DNA of 62,786 nucleotides, filler included, from Basidiobolus ranarum (GCA_040143965.1; 21 parts of 21 records of this genome joined end to end with filler, not necessarily neighbours in it); one strand, 5' to 3'; shown: positions 12,140 to 25,238, counted from the whole stretch's first letter. Program-made: numbers and translations. The notes: generated from the sequence alone by a model not told the origin.

Positions 12140-14925
12140 GAGCTTATTCTCATTGTTAACAGTAACATGAGTCAGCTATGTGCCAAGTGTCAGTGCTATT
12201 CAAAATTTCAGATGTTTAGCAATTTTTCTATGGTTAGTTTGCTGGTAAAGCATATTGAAATTGTTGAGTTATATCTAATCAGTCAAATATGTGCATATGT
12301 AGAGACTAAACACAACAAGATTCTTGTAGTTTTTGATTCTCATTATGGCTGGAACACAAAGCCTAAAACATCAATATAAAGGCAAGCATATTTAATCAAA
12401 TTTCTACAGCAGTAAACCCAGTAATTTGCCATGCAAAAATTTCATTTTTGCAAAAATTGCAAGATATTGAATAACACATGCCAAATTTGAGGATCAATAT
12501 TATAACATATATGAACACCATCATACTACCATCAAGAAACTGCCGTAATGCCATCAAAATACCTGGCAGAATGCAAGCCCTCAATATTGTGACAGTTCTC
12601 TGACAGTTTTGCAATTTAGAAGGGTAGATCTTATCCAGATCAAATTGTTTTTGTTTTGATTAGGGTATCTATATAGGCTCCAAGTATTCCTTGATCAGAC
12701 TGAGGTCTGATCAACAATAGTTGTAAATAAAGATTCTTGCTAAAGTACCTTCCCTGCCAAGTCTTGTCTTGTCCAGTGATCTACACCCAAGTACTCTCCA
12801 GCCTTCCAGCCTCTTCTCATTGTTTCCAGTCCTTGTCCTGCTCTTTTTTGTAACAGCACCTGTGATGAAATGTTGCTTGATGTGAAATTGTCAGTATAAC
12901 CATATGCTAATCTGATTAACAATATATCAGCAAGATCTGTGATAGAAATAATGTGATGGGCTAAGAAGACTCCAGAGTATATTAACATTCCAACAAAGGG
13001 CTCTTTTCAATGTATTCATGGGTTTTTGTATTCTTTTTAGCATACTAAAAGTCCCAGATCCCAATCAGTGGACACACAGTACATACCTCTATAATTAGGA
13101 CTAATTTCTTAGTGTCATAATCTGATGGTATTTCGGGGCAAGTTGCAAGACAAACCTATAGGCAAGATGGATCAAGATACTCAGAATAATTGTTTTACCA
13201 GGGTATAATTTCTTGAAACAATGACATATTTGTTTGTGGCAGGACTGTTATTGTCTGCAAGTTTGGGATATTTTGGCTGATTTTTTTACAGAAATTTGCC
13301 AAAATCTAAGATCTGATTCTCATTGTAAGTCATAACAAGAGCCAGCTATGCACCAAATGTCAGTGGCATTCATGATTTCAGCTGTTTAGCCATTTTTCCA
13401 CCATTGGTTTGCTGGTAAGCAACTTGATGTTGTTGAGTTAAATCTGATCAGTCAAGTCTGTGCATAAGTAGTGACTAAACACAACATGATTCTTGTAATT
13501 TTTGATTCTCATTATGGCTGGAACCCAAAGCCAAAATATTTAAATAAAGGCATGTGTATGAATTTGAATTCCAATAGCAGTAAACCCAGTAATTTACCAT
13601 TCAAATATTAGTTTTTTGCACAAATCATTGATTATTAAATAATGCATACCAAACATGAGGATCACTACTTGACTATGTATGAATAGCACAAAAAACCATC
13701 AAGAAGCTGCCATCTGACCATCAAAATCCCAGGCAGAAAGCAAGGCACTAATATTATGATAGTTCACTGATGGTTTTGCGATCCAGAAGGGTGGATCCAC
13801 TCTAGATGAAGTTGATATTAAATTTATTAGGGTTAGATTGGATTAAACTCTCCACTAATCAATAATAAAAGCTGCTTCCTCTACTGTAAGTGTTAGGTGT
13901 AGACTAACCCTTGCTGATAGTAAGGAGTCCATAACAAAACTATTTTCTTATTCTTCATCTTCTGATATATTACCATAAGTACTGGAATAACTAAGGTTAA
14001 CATGTAGTAGCATGTGCATAAAGTTGTCTGGACTTACTGGTCCAACCTAAGTTCCATTTCTACCTACATCATTCTGTTCATATAACTATAGTAACTCCAT
14101 CATATCTTGACTTTGAGCTGTATTACCAAAACATTGAGCTAAAGCACAGCCAGTGGGCTCAGTGGGTAATACTAAAGTCAATTTTGAGTGCTTTTTATTA
14201 TTGATATTCACCAAGCTTAATGCAGCTGGTGGATTTGTATAATAACTGTGGTTGTGATTATTTGACTATGAAGCCTCCTGCCTTCATAGTACAAGAATTT
14301 ATGAAATTAATAGCAGGACTTCTTTGAGTGTTTGTGTTGCTGCATAATATGGATATGGTGGAAACAAGTGCACCTACTACATAAGGGTCGTATTTTTAGG
14401 TATGGCCCATCAATATCATCAGCTGATTCTGAGGTGGTGTTGCTGAAGAGGTATCAGGGGATTTACCAGATATTTTCATTAAGAAATAGTAATTTTGGCT
14501 CAATATTAGTTGTTTCTAAGCAATTTCATTACACTATGTTTGCCATCTGAAATAACAATGCCATTCAAAAAGCATTCTATATGTAAGGCAAAAGCCAGCT
14601 GACACATAAGCAAAAAAACCAGCAAGAACAGAGGACTTAATTGATGAGCAGTTTAGTGCTTCACTATCCACTTTGGAAGAATTAATAAGCTAGCAACAAA
14701 CTCAAGTAATGATGAAGGATCAATCAATTTACTAGATATGTTTCTTTCCAGCAATAGTGAAAGTGAGGAGATCATAATTGCCCAACTACATATTATAGCA
14801 GTAGTTGAGCAAAGTTTAACAGAAACACTGTCAAGACCAGCAGCTTCCAAGATGCTTACTTTGCACCCCATTAAAATGCATCTGTAGACAACTTGGAAAA
14901 ACTAATTAATGCAAAGGTTTCTTAG
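12140..14925. mobile_element. Nested CACTA/CMC-like fragments: two end B termini (12665, 13832), transposase N-terminus (-) and ORF2 start (+)
   Basis: Homology to contigs 3, 14 and 17; both termini end in TAGGG; ORF 12167-12379 is the transposase tail. Confidence 0.8.
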
Positions 14926-15025
14926 NNNNNNNNNNNNNNNNNNNNNNNNNNNNNNNNNNNNNNNNNNNNTTAATTAATTAANNNNNNNNNNNNNNNNNNN
15001 NNNNNNNNNNNNNNNNNNNNNNNNN

Positions 15026-17035
15026 AGTCCAGTGAAGCCAGATTCTGGCAATAATCCGCGCCGTAACAAACAACCTAATCCAAGCCCAAGCAACACTTCA
15101 AGAAGTGGTAGCAGACCTAGTCCAGTGAGGCCAGATTCTGACAACAATCCGCGCCGTAACAAACAACCTAATCCAAGCCCAAGCAATACCTCTGGAAGTG
15201 GTGGCGAACCTAGTCGAGTGAAGCCAAATTCTGGCAACAACCCACGCCGTAACAAACAACCTAATCTAGGCCCAAGCAACACTTCAGGAAGCGGCGACAA
15301 TCCCAGTGTGGTGAAGCCAAGTTCTAACGATCCGCGCCGTAGCAATCGACCCAAGTCAAGCTCAAACGATACTTCAAGAAGCAATGAAAAGGTCAATACA
15401 GGAAAGTCTAGTTCTTACATTAAACCAGACCGCAGTAATCAATCCTATTCAAGCGCTCCAGAAAATGATAAGTCTAATCCAGAGAGACAAGTACCAGATA
15501 GCTCAAACCGTAGTAATCAATCAAAGCCATATTCAAAAGATACCTCTAAAAATGATGGTAACCCTGACTCAGGAAATGGTGATCAAACTGGAGCAAGTCC
15601 GCCGGTTCCTGGAAATGAACTCGAGCCTAGCTTTACTAATAAGCCAGGCTCAAATAGTAACCTGGACCGAAACAATCTACCAAAACCAAATGTCGATGAA
15701 GAACCTAGCAGAAATCTTAAAGGTTTGAATCTACCAAAAACCTATGGCCAGCCAAACGAGAATAATTTACCAGCCACATTTAATATCCTAGATGACATAT
15801 TTAGCACATTCGCTAGATTTTTGGATAGTAAAAATCGTCGCTCTCAACCGTCAGACTCTTCTAGACTTCTGAAACAGAATGAAATCCCTTCAACTCGTCC
15901 AACTCGTTCCGCTAGACGGAATGATGATAGAAAGTCCAACACAGATTCTGAAGAAGACTCAAATCCGTCAAAAACCGATGACCAACCAAATAGATATACG
16001 TCACTAGTCAAAATGAACATTCCAGATGTTATTTTCAGCACACTCGCTAGATTATTGGATAGTAAGGATCGTCGTTCTGAACCATCTGACTCTCCTAGCC
16101 TTTTGGAACAGAATGAAAGCTCTTCACCTCGTCCAACCCGTTCCGCTAGACGAAATGATGATGATAGAAGTTCCAATACAGATTTTGAAGAAGACTCAAA
16201 TCCGTCAAGAGCCTATGGCCAACTAAATAGGAATACTTCACCAATCATATTAAACGTTCCAAACGATTTGTTTAGCACATTTGCCAAATTTTTAAGTAGT
16301 AGATACTCTGATCCTCAAAAAGCTGTCCCTTCCAACGATAAAGACTTGAGCAAAAATCCTACAGCTGTTACGCCAGTGAGAGAAGAAAATATAGAAACGA
16401 ACAGCAGGCCCAGAGGATTAATACGTACCTTTGTAAAGAGTCTGATTCGTGATAGCAAGCTCAAAATACTTCAACAAAGAGCGAGGGAGAGGAAAATAAA
16501 ACAATTATTGAGAATCTTGGGGAATTCGCTTTCGCAAAGTCGATCAAGAAGAAATACCAAATCAATCTTTCCGAATTCTTCGAAAAATAGGCTTAGGAAG
16601 ATTCGTCAACTCTTGACACCAGAGAGAATCCAAGATCTCCGAAGATTTGCTCTGAATAATAGAGATACACTATCACATCTAGTCAAGAAACAAACTAAGA
16701 ATGAATACTTTCCTAATTTACCTAACTACGTTCTTAGAAATCGTAGGCTTTCAAATGTCATCAAGACGCGTAATAATGAGAATCGGTTTAAAACTGTAGG
16801 CCTCAATAAGCCTCGAGTTCCGATCTATACTTCATATTTGAGTGGCGAAGAAAATGAGCCTGAGGATAAAGAGTCAATTAATTTACAGGAAAGCCGTATC
16901 ACTGGATCCTTTGGCAGACTGTTGAGTAAGATCAGATCCTCTAATAATGAAAAACAACTAGATGCCGAAAATCAGGATGATGATGGAAATCAGCTTGATA
17001 GACAAGAATTACTTAATGCCCGCTCTTTACTTTGA
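15026..17035 (+). CDS. Low-complexity Ser/Asn/Pro/Arg-rich repeat protein (5'-truncated, >667 aa)
   Basis: 2-kb open frame with 31-aa tandem repeats (KPDSGNNPRRNKQPNPSPSNTS...) and a ~80-aa unit with an FST(F/L)A(R/K)(F/L)L core seen three times. CpG is retained. Confidence 0.85.
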   Translation, partial: SPVKPDSGNNPRRNKQPNPSPSNTSRSGSRPSPVRPDSDNNPRRNKQPNPSPSNTSGSGGEPSRVKPNSGNNPRRNKQPNLGPSNTSGSGDNPSVVKPSSNDPRRSNRPKSSSNDTSRSNEKVNTGKSSSYIKPDRSNQSYSSAPENDKSNPERQVPDSSNRSNQSKPYSKDTSKNDGNPDSGNGDQTGASPPVPGNELEPSFTNKPGSNSNLDRNNLPKPNVDEEPSRNLKGLNLPKTYGQPNENNLPATFNILDDIFSTFARFLDSKNRRSQPSDSSRLLKQNEIPSTRPTRSARRNDDRKSNTDSEEDSNPSKTDDQPNRYTSLVKMNIPDVIFSTLARLLDSKDRRSEPSDSPSLLEQNESSSPRPTRSARRNDDDRSSNTDFEEDSNPSRAYGQLNRNTSPIILNVPNDLFSTFAKFLSSRYSDPQKAVPSNDKDLSKNPTAVTPVREENIETNSRPRGLIRTFVKSLIRDSKLKILQQRARERKIKQLLRILGNSLSQSRSRRNTKSIFPNSSKNRLRKIRQLLTPERIQDLRRFALNNRDTLSHLVKKQTKNEYFPNLPNYVLRNRRLSNVIKTRNNENRFKTVGLNKPRVPIYTSYLSGEENEPEDKESINLQESRITGSFGRLLSKIRSSNNEKQLDAENQDDDGNQLDRQELLNARSLL

Positions 17036-18025
17036 GAATTACTTTTGAAATTGGTTAAAACTCGCTTATAGGTACTCTCACCCCAGAATTATCTTATTCT
17101 TTTTATTTACAAAATATGCGTAGCACCAGGGTTACTTATTCGATAATCTATTTGACTAGTCTACTCTATGATCTCTTTAAAGAATAAAACGCAAGTCGTT
17201 TTCAGCATTGAATTAGCTGAATTAAGCTTTGCAACCATCAATATATATTTTACGCCATTGCGCTTCATAGAAATGTATAAGCGAAACATTATATATTTGA
17301 ATTCCGGAAATATGATGACCGATCTGCAATCACCCAAATTTTATAAATCTACAAATACCAGCACTATGCTAGGCTAAAAGTACCACATTTTTTATTCAAC
17401 CATCCTATAGCATAAAGCTAGATATTCACTTATGGTACTCGTAGGCCATCATCTGTCAAGTACCCTCTAGGCGTTATCATGTTCTCTCAACTCATGCCCA
17501 ACTTCGAAAAGAAAACGTATTCTACTATAACACTCACATGTCCTTAGTCTCCTTTGAGTCAACGTCACCCAAATACCTGTTAAAAATCAAGGGTGATATA
17601 CCAAAGTAACAAAAACAAGAATTAGTGAGGCAGCCCTAGAGGATGAAAAGTCAAATATATTAGTGAATAGATATTTTGGTACTTACACTAGTCCTATTAT
17701 GTCATCTAAGCATACTTTATATTGTGTAATCTGTACCAAAGCAAATAAAGTAGCTCAATCCACAGTGAACTTGTATTTAAGAATAAGCCAACCTCAAGTA
17801 ACATCCAAAAGTTGGCATGAATAAGGGATTTCAACTCTTAACGCCCGTAGGCACCTTTTTTACAGAAAGGCCGCAATACCAATTTGCATACTTCTCCGCT
17901 GGTTAGGCTTCGCATTAACAGGGGCNNNNNNNNNNNNNNNNNNNNNNNNNNNNNNNNNNNNNNNNNNNNTTAATTAATTAANNNNNNNNNNNNNNNNNNN
18001 NNNNNNNNNNNNNNNNNNNNNNNNN

Positions 18026-18135
18026 GCTAAGTGATATTTGACTAAGTAATGTTAACTAACTTATATGTGATATATGAAATAGTTAGGTGTATAAAGATAG
18101 AGATAACAAATATGATAAAGACAATAAACTTCAAC
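18026..18135 (-). mobile_element. 5' part of LTR-B abutting copia family A RT
   Basis: Near-identical to 26404-26514 and ends TTCAACA on +. Confidence 0.85.
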
Positions 18136-18139
18136 ATTA

Positions 18140-19749
18140 TTCTATATCAAATGCATGTTAAAGCTGCATTTTGAATGGTGAGCTAGCTGAGAAGATCTAT
18201 ATGGACCAGCCAGATGGTTTTCTGGACCCAGAGAACTCTAAAAAAGTTTGCAGACTCTGGAAAACACTCTATAGCTTAAAAATTTTGAAAACATTCTAAG
18301 GCTAGAAACAATCTCTGAGAGCTTGGAATAGCAAGCTATTTCTTTTAAAAACACTAATTTCAAAAGAGTATTGCTGATTATAGTATCTACTTCAGGCCAG
18401 ATAAGGCAAACCCAGTTTTATTAGCCTTTTATGTAGATGACCTTATTATAGCAACCAATGACTTAATGACTTTGGAGAGAACCAAGTCCAGCATATATGC
18501 CAAATTCAAAATGACTGATTTAGGTGAATTGATGTACTATCTTGGAATCCAGATTAAGATAGATAGAACTACCAAAGAAATAGCTTTAAGCCAGTCTAAT
18601 TATACTAAAGAAGTTTGAAATACAAGAATGTTATCCAGTATCTGCCTCAATGAAGACAAATCTTCACTTAACCAACAATGGCTCAAATTAGATGCTCTTG
18701 GATTCAAATGAAAGCCACAAATTTCCTCATCAATCTATAGTTGGTAGTTTGATATATATCATGGCTGGAACATGGCCAGATATTGCATATTCTGTGGGAG
18801 TTATGTGCCAATATTTTCAAAATTATGGATCTGATAAAATTATAGCAGTTAAGTGATCTTTAGATATTTGAAAGGTACTGTGGATCTATACTTAACATAC
18901 ACATATTCTGGATAAAACATCAATCTGATGAGATATTCAGATGCAAATTGGGGAAGAGATATTGAAGACAGGAGATCTATAACAGAATACTTGTTTCTTT
19001 GCTGTAATGGAGTTATTTCTTGGAATTCAAAGAAACAACCTACCATGGCACTTTCAACAACAGAAGCAGAATACATGGCTGCCTGTGAAGCAAAAAAAGA
19101 AGTAAGCTGGTTAAGAAAACTCTTAACAGATTTAGGTTATTCTCAAAATTTACCAACTATTATATTTTAAGATAATCCAAGTTATATCAAATTAGCTAAA
19201 AATCCCACATTTCATAAAAGAAGCAAACATATAGATGTTAAGCATCACTTGATTAGAGAGACTTTAGGGAATAAGTTTATAGACTCAACTTATTGTTCTA
19301 CAGAAGATATGATAGCTGATATATAAACCAAATCATTAGATAGACAGAAATTTGAGAAATTTGGACCTTTGTTAGGATTAGATTATATGACTATTTAGTT
19401 GAGAGAGTGTGTTGAAATTAGCATTGCCTAAACACCTGTATAGTCATATAGAGCTTAGTACTTAGTTATCTCATATTTCACTAAGATACTATCCATTATT
19501 TTCAATTGGAATTTACTTAGAATATTGACACCAACTTGGAAGTTCTCACAAATATAGATCTTTTAAACTTGTGCTAGAAGCCCCAAACTTTGCACACATG
19601 TTCCTGGGACCTTCCTTAACACATTCTACACGTTAGTTTGCTTACACCTTGACAAAACTACAAATATCAACTGAATACTCAATAAGTGAAAACCACCAAT
19701 TCCTCTAATTCTGCAAACCACTTCCAACAGGCTCCCAAATACTTTAACA
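18140..19749 (+). mobile_element. Copia family A 3' half: decayed RT-RNase H, PPT (19401-19409) and complete 3' LTR-A (19410-19749)
   Basis: FYVDDL, YSDANWG, ALSTTEAEY and KHIDVKHH motifs; GAGAGAGTG then a TGTTG...TAACA LTR of 340 bp. Confidence 0.93.
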
Positions 19750-20569
19750 TGTATCTTAGTTTGAAGTGAAGAAAAATAACATAGTTAGGTAACTAGGGCA
19801 GTGATTCCTGAGTTTAGCATAGATATCATGTATGATTTAGGTATTTCATGTGATTATTAACTATCTTTGTTAATGGGTGCTAGGGACCTATGAAGCTGAG
19901 AATTGGTAATGTAAAAAGAACATATACTTGAGCAAGGCTATGAAGATAAATAGTATCTACAAATAGCCTTCAGTATATTAACAGCGATATATTTTAAATT
20001 CTATCAACATGTTTGTGATCTGTTGAGTGAAATTTATGAGCATGTTAACTATAACAAACCAATAACATCATTGAATTGAATACTCTCCATTTTTGACAGA
20101 TGGATATTCCCAAATTACTATGTTAAAATGATTTCAAGTCATCTCTTCGATTTATATGGGAATCGTTTTCGATCATTGAAATGATTTTCCTCATATGGTT
20201 ACGAAATCATTTTGTCCTTTACTTTCCTTATTCAATAGATAACTCCGATCTTTCCTAATATAGATTAAGAAAGCGATATATTGGGTTTCTGAAGCATTCA
20301 TATACTCCGGATTTTATTTAAATCGAATATTTAGTTCTCCTCAATGGAATGTGCGAGGCGTGGTAAGAGTAAGAGTAAGAGTAAGGGGTAAAGGTAATGA
20401 GGCTGATAACAAAGATCGAATCGATGGGAAGTGAGTGAGAACAAGTAGCTAGAAGTCAATATCAACAGACTGCGAATTTATTGGGTGTGTAGAACTGTGA
20501 AAGGAAAAAAAGAAATATACCTATGTACTAAAATAAAATAGTTACTACTATTAAAAGAGTGTGGTTAAT

Positions 20570-20923
20570 CTACAAAAGGCAGGTGCCAGGTGCCTGAGGT
20601 TTAGAAGCCATTTGGAGCTGTGGTTGGGCTCGGTTGTGAACCATATGCGATTTAACTAAATCTCCTGAAGCCAAAGCAGCACACAGTGATAATTCTCCTG
20701 CCATAACCGATGCACAAATAATCCTAGCTAACCGCTGGGCATTGGCTCCTGGCTCAGAGGGATGTGGCCCACGTACCCCAAGAATATCAAGACAGGCTGA
20801 CTGCGGTGGTAGCTGGGTGCCTCCTCCGATAGTACCCACTTCAACAGAGGGCATCGTGCATGTGATCAGAAGGTCTTGTCCTTCATTAACAGCCTCCATT
20901 AGTGTAATACAAGTGGTACTTTC
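20570..20923 (-). CDS. HMG1: HMG-CoA reductase, C-terminal catalytic fragment
   Basis: [34 protein letters not shown] and [10 protein letters not shown] motifs. Confidence 0.96.
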   Translation of the reverse strand, partial: ESTTCITLMEAVNEGQDLLITCTMPSVEVGTIGGGTQLPPQSACLDILGVRGPHPSEPGANAQRLARIICASVMAGELSLCAALASGDLVKSHMVHNRAQPQLQMASKPQAPGTCLL

Positions 20924-21199
20924 NNNNNNNNNNNNNNNNNNNNNNNNNNNNNNNNNNNNNNNNNNNNTTAATTAATTAANNNNNNNNNNNNNNNNNNNNN
21001 NNNNNNNNNNNNNNNNNNNNNNNCCAGACCCCCCCCACCCCCCCCCACCCCCCCCACGCCATTCTTGCATGGAATGTTAGGGCAATGTTATATTTTGTTG
21101 TTGGGAGATAATTTTTGTACAATTCATGGGATAGGTTTTTTTAAAAGAGTGAGGATGTTAGTCAATGGGTTAAGTTTTGGTGTTGGGTTTAAACCTTTT

Positions 21200-22300
21200 A
21201 AAAATAATTTTGTAAGATATGATTTAGAAATTGATTATAATTTAAATTGGGACTTGATTAGAAACATAATTAGAATCTAGCTTAGAAACTTTTAAAAAAC
21301 AATTTCATGACACAGTTTAATTAGAACCTAATTGGGAGATTAACTAGGAACCATATTATAATCTAACTTGGAACTTTTTCACAGACCAGATTGTAAAGTC
21401 TTTAAGTAACTTTGCAAAATATTAATATAGATCTAATTATGTTTTAACTTAGAACTTAATTAGAAACCAGATCCATATCTAAAATTAAAACTTTTTACAA
21501 ATAATTTTGTAACAAACTTTATTTAAACTTAATGGGGAGCTTAACTGGGAATCAAATTATAATCTAACTTAGAACTTTCTCACAGACCAGATTTAAAGTT
21601 TTTAAATAATTTTGCAAAGTATTAATTTCAAACTTAACTATGATTTAACTTAGAGCTTAATTCAAGATGAAATTAGAATCTTAATTTAAATTTTTTAAAA
21701 TTAGTTTTCAAAATACTAATCTAGAACCTAGTTTGAATCTAAATTAGAACCTTCTCAAAGACCAAAGCTTGGTTGGAAACTGTTTTTAAAATAATTTCAC
21801 AAAATTTTATTTTCAAACCTAACTAGAAACCTGCTTTGAGTCTTAATTTAAACTCAAATTTGATTTTAAAATATCTAATAATGGAATTTACAAAGTTATT
21901 CTTGAATTTATTCAAATTTAATTTCTTAAACCCAATTTTGGACTTTACAAAATTTTAATTCCCATCTTTCAAATTTAATTTCATAAACCTAATTACAGAC
22001 ATTACAAAATTTATTGCAAATTTTATTTCCCAAACCTAATTCCAAACTTTACAAGATTTTAATTCCAATGTTTTGGATTTAAGATTTTTAAATCTAGCTA
22101 CAGACTTTACAATTTTTTTTAAATTCTTTTACAAAATTAAAACTTCCAACCCTAATGACCAAAGTCTTAATTCCAATCTTTTGAATCTAATTTTAAATTC
22201 TGCCTTAATATATTTTTAAAATCTGATCCAACTCTTGATTTAAAACTCTCTCATAGCCCAAATCTTGACTCCAAACCTTTTAAAATTTTACACTCATGGA
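21200..22300. repeat. AT-rich degenerate tandem repeat region (~200-bp unit, then a ~55-bp unit)
   Basis: cacagaccagatt recurs at ~21380 and ~21581 with collinear flanks; repeated tttacaaaattttaattcc motifs; essentially no CpG. Confidence 0.65.
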
Positions 22301-22442
22301 TATCTAACTTATTTAATAAAAACCCAACTATTGCTTGTTATCATGGACAAGTTAAACTTGCCACAAAACTACCAATCTCATTTGTTTGCATTGCACAACC
22401 ATATCCTATAATTCTCCATTATGTGCCTATTTGGTAAATACA

Positions 22443-22946
22443 CTACCTTCTCCAATATTTCCTTTTTAACCCCAAGTTCTTCCTAATGTTGTTCACAAAA
22501 TTAAGATGTTCCTTAAGTGGGTTCCATGGTTGATTATCCAACATTGGAACCTTCCATAGCAGTCTCAAAAAACATCTCTGAAAAGTACTGTTGTCCCATT
22601 GTATAGCACCACATATACCATCTTTATTTATATACCATGCCTTAACCTTTCTTGTCCCTATGTCAACAGGATGATCAAGATCATGCAATAAAAAAGCATC
22701 CTTCTCTGGGACTATCTCCAGATCAAGAAGTAAAGATCTCTTTGTGTCCATTAATAATGAATACAACTCATCATCATCCATAAACACCATTTCACCCTTT
22801 GCTGATACCACTGGCTCATACGTTATTTTTGTCTCATGATACAACTTTGTATGATTCCTAAATATTATTATCCCACAATCAAACTTCTGCTCTCAAAGAT
22901 ATTTTCCATCATTGGGTATATAAATATCATATCCCTTACTATTCAT
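22443..22946 (-). pseudogene. Unidentified ORF in CpG-depleted DNA, cut by a transposon insertion
   Basis: Frame MNSKGYDIYIPNDGKYL*EQKFDCG...RKYWRR with one TGA; abuts CACTA end A at 22948. Confidence 0.45.
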
Positions 22947-22947
22947 G

Positions 22948-23920
22948 CCCTAACAGAAATTTGATGATTGTTATTGTAGGAAAACCATCACAATTTTAAT
23001 CCATTTGGGATTGACTGTTTACTTACCATCACAAAATCAACAAGTTAGATTTGATTTTAATCAATTTTTTCAGTTTCAGGAGTGAAACTTCAAGATCTTG
23101 CAAAATAGTGCAAATGATTGGCTAAAATCTCAGAGAACTATGGATCAACACATGTGCAAAAAACATAAGTCAAATTTTACACAATTACCACTGGAATGCT
23201 AATTTGTCATCTTTGAAATCCCTAGTCTCTTTGATATATTCTCCTGAATAATTTTATAGAGTTCTTCATACCCAAGGTTTAGCTCATACCCAACACAAGT
23301 TTGTGTCAGTATCTCCATCAAAGCCCACCATTGTATCAATGTTGCTGAATCAGTATTCTTCCAGCTATCTGGCAGATATTTTGCAATATTGTGCCACTCT
23401 GTATTAAGTTCTTCCCAGATATCTGCATGGTCAACACCAGACTGAATGTCAAGTTGAATGTTCTTCTTCTGAAGCCACTTTCTGCATACTTGCACTGTGT
23501 TTTTCCCTTCATACTTTTGAAAATACTCCTCAAGCACTTTGACTATTTTTGTACGTCCTTGTAGTGTGACACTACTGAGGGTGCTTTGTGGTGTTTGTGT
23601 GGCTTTTTGCTTGCCTTTACCTTTGGGGCTAATTTCAACACTTTGAAAAGTACCAGTTGAGGTTGGAGAGCCATGAGTTTTATTTGCTGGTGTTTTGGCT
23701 TGTTGAGAGATGCCAGGTGTTGGATAAACTTCCAAATTTAGCACTCTTCCAACTGGTGTACCCAGTTCCATGGTGAAATTAAGCTTTTTTGCCAGTATAT
23801 CTGACTCTGGAATTGCAGATCTTTGTAATGGTGTGAAGAATTTGGTAAGTGGGACAGTAGAGCCTAAACTCACTGGCTCCTTTGCTTTTCCCTTGGGTTT
23901 ACTAACTTCCTGCTCCTTCA
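22948..23920 (-). mobile_element. CACTA/CMC-like element: end A and open 3' part of ORF2 (stop at 23199)
   Basis: CCCTAACAGAAATTTG terminus; 224-aa uninterrupted ORF2 segment shared with contigs 10, 14 and 21. Confidence 0.88.
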
Positions 23921-24020
23921 NNNNNNNNNNNNNNNNNNNNNNNNNNNNNNNNNNNNNNNNNNNNTTAATTAATTAANNNNNNNNNNNNNNNNNNNNNNNN
24001 NNNNNNNNNNNNNNNNNNNN

Positions 24021-25049
24021 TTTAGGGATACGAGTAGATCCACCAACGAGAACGATCTCGTGAACGTTAGCTTTGTCAATCTTGGAATCACGAAGAACCT
24101 TCTCAACAGGATCCATAGTAGAACGGAATAAATCTTGGCAAAGTTCCTCGAATCTGGCACGGGTCAAGGAGGTGTAGAAATCAACACCTTCGAATAGGGA
24201 GTCAATCTCGATAGAAGTTTGAGCGGCAGATGAAAGAGTTCTCTTGGCACGTTCGCAAGCAGTTCTGAGACGACGAAGAGCACGAGGATTGTTAGATAAA
24301 TCTTTCTTGTTCTTACGTTTAAACTCTTGGGCAAAGTGGTTAACCAGGCGGTTGTCAAAATCTTCTCCACCCAGGTGAGTATCACCGGCAGTGGCCTTGA
24401 CTTCGAAAATGCCATCCTCAATGGTTAAGAGAGAAACATCAAAGGTGCCACCACCAAGGTCGAAGATGAGAACATTTTTCTCTCCACTGGATTTTTGATC
24501 AAGACCGTAGGCAATGGCAGCGGCGGTGGGTTCATTAATGATACGGAGAATATTCATACCAGCAATAGCACCAGCATCCTTAGTGGCTTGACGTTGAGAG
24601 TCATTAAAGTATGCTGGAACAGTGACAACAGCGTTCTTGACTTCAGCACCGAGGTAAGCTTCGGCAGTCTCTTTCATCTTTAGCAAAATCATGGAAGAGA
24701 TTTCTTCAGGAGTGAAGGTTTTAGTTTCTCCCTTGTATTCAACTTGGATTAAAGGTTTGGTATCTTTGTCGATAACCTTGAAAGGCCAGTGTTTCATATC
24801 AGATTGTACTTCAGAATCGTTGAAACGGCGGCCGATGAGGCGCTTGGCATCGAAGACACTGTTGGTGGGGTTCATAGCGACTTGATTTTTGGCGGCATCA
24901 CCGATGAGACGCTCCGAGTCATTGAAGGCAACATAGGATGGGGTGGTTCTATTACCTTGGTCGTTGGCAATGATCTCAACACGATCATTTTGCCATACGC
25001 CAACACAAGAGTAAGTGGTACCCAAATCAATTCCGACAGCTTTAGACAT
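24021..25049 (-). CDS. HSP70: Cytosolic Hsp70 (SSA-type), N-terminal ATPase domain, 3'-truncated
   Basis: [41 protein letters not shown] and [11 protein letters not shown] signatures. Confidence 0.99.
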
Positions 25050-25151
25050 TTATAGCAGACTGTACAGTATATGTGGTGTAGTATATAGGATATATATAGG
25101 CGTATTCTTAGAAATGAATTAATTGAATTCCTGAGTTCATAAATTCCCTCA

Positions 25152-25238
25152 TTTTATAGTTTATTCGATTGATAGGGTGGCGTTTGCCAACATGATCCCG
25201 AAAATTCGCCAAAATTCTAGCATATTCTTGCTATATTC
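25152..25238 (-). promoter_or_regulatory. Hsp70 promoter: TATAAAA (25158-25152) and candidate step-type heat-shock element (25200-25227)
   Basis: GAAaaTTC at 25200-25207, with further TTC at 25215 and 25225 (10-bp phasing), ~45 bp upstream of the TATA box. Confidence 0.6.

Noticed and set aside
14974-15396. Leu/Gly-rich antisense ORF, and similar short ORFs overlapping Hsp70, GND1, the monooxygenase and the Cys-rich gene
   Set aside because: These are antisense or alternate-frame shadows of stronger genes. Several also run through N spacers.
23199-23873. Accessory ORF2 as a Fanzor/TnpB nuclease (Fanzors can ride in EnSpm elements)
   Set aside because: No RuvC motifs (D-P-G, E, D-x-D/N) or C-terminal CxxC zinc finger are visible in the reconstructed ORF2. 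A profile search of the consensus would settle it.
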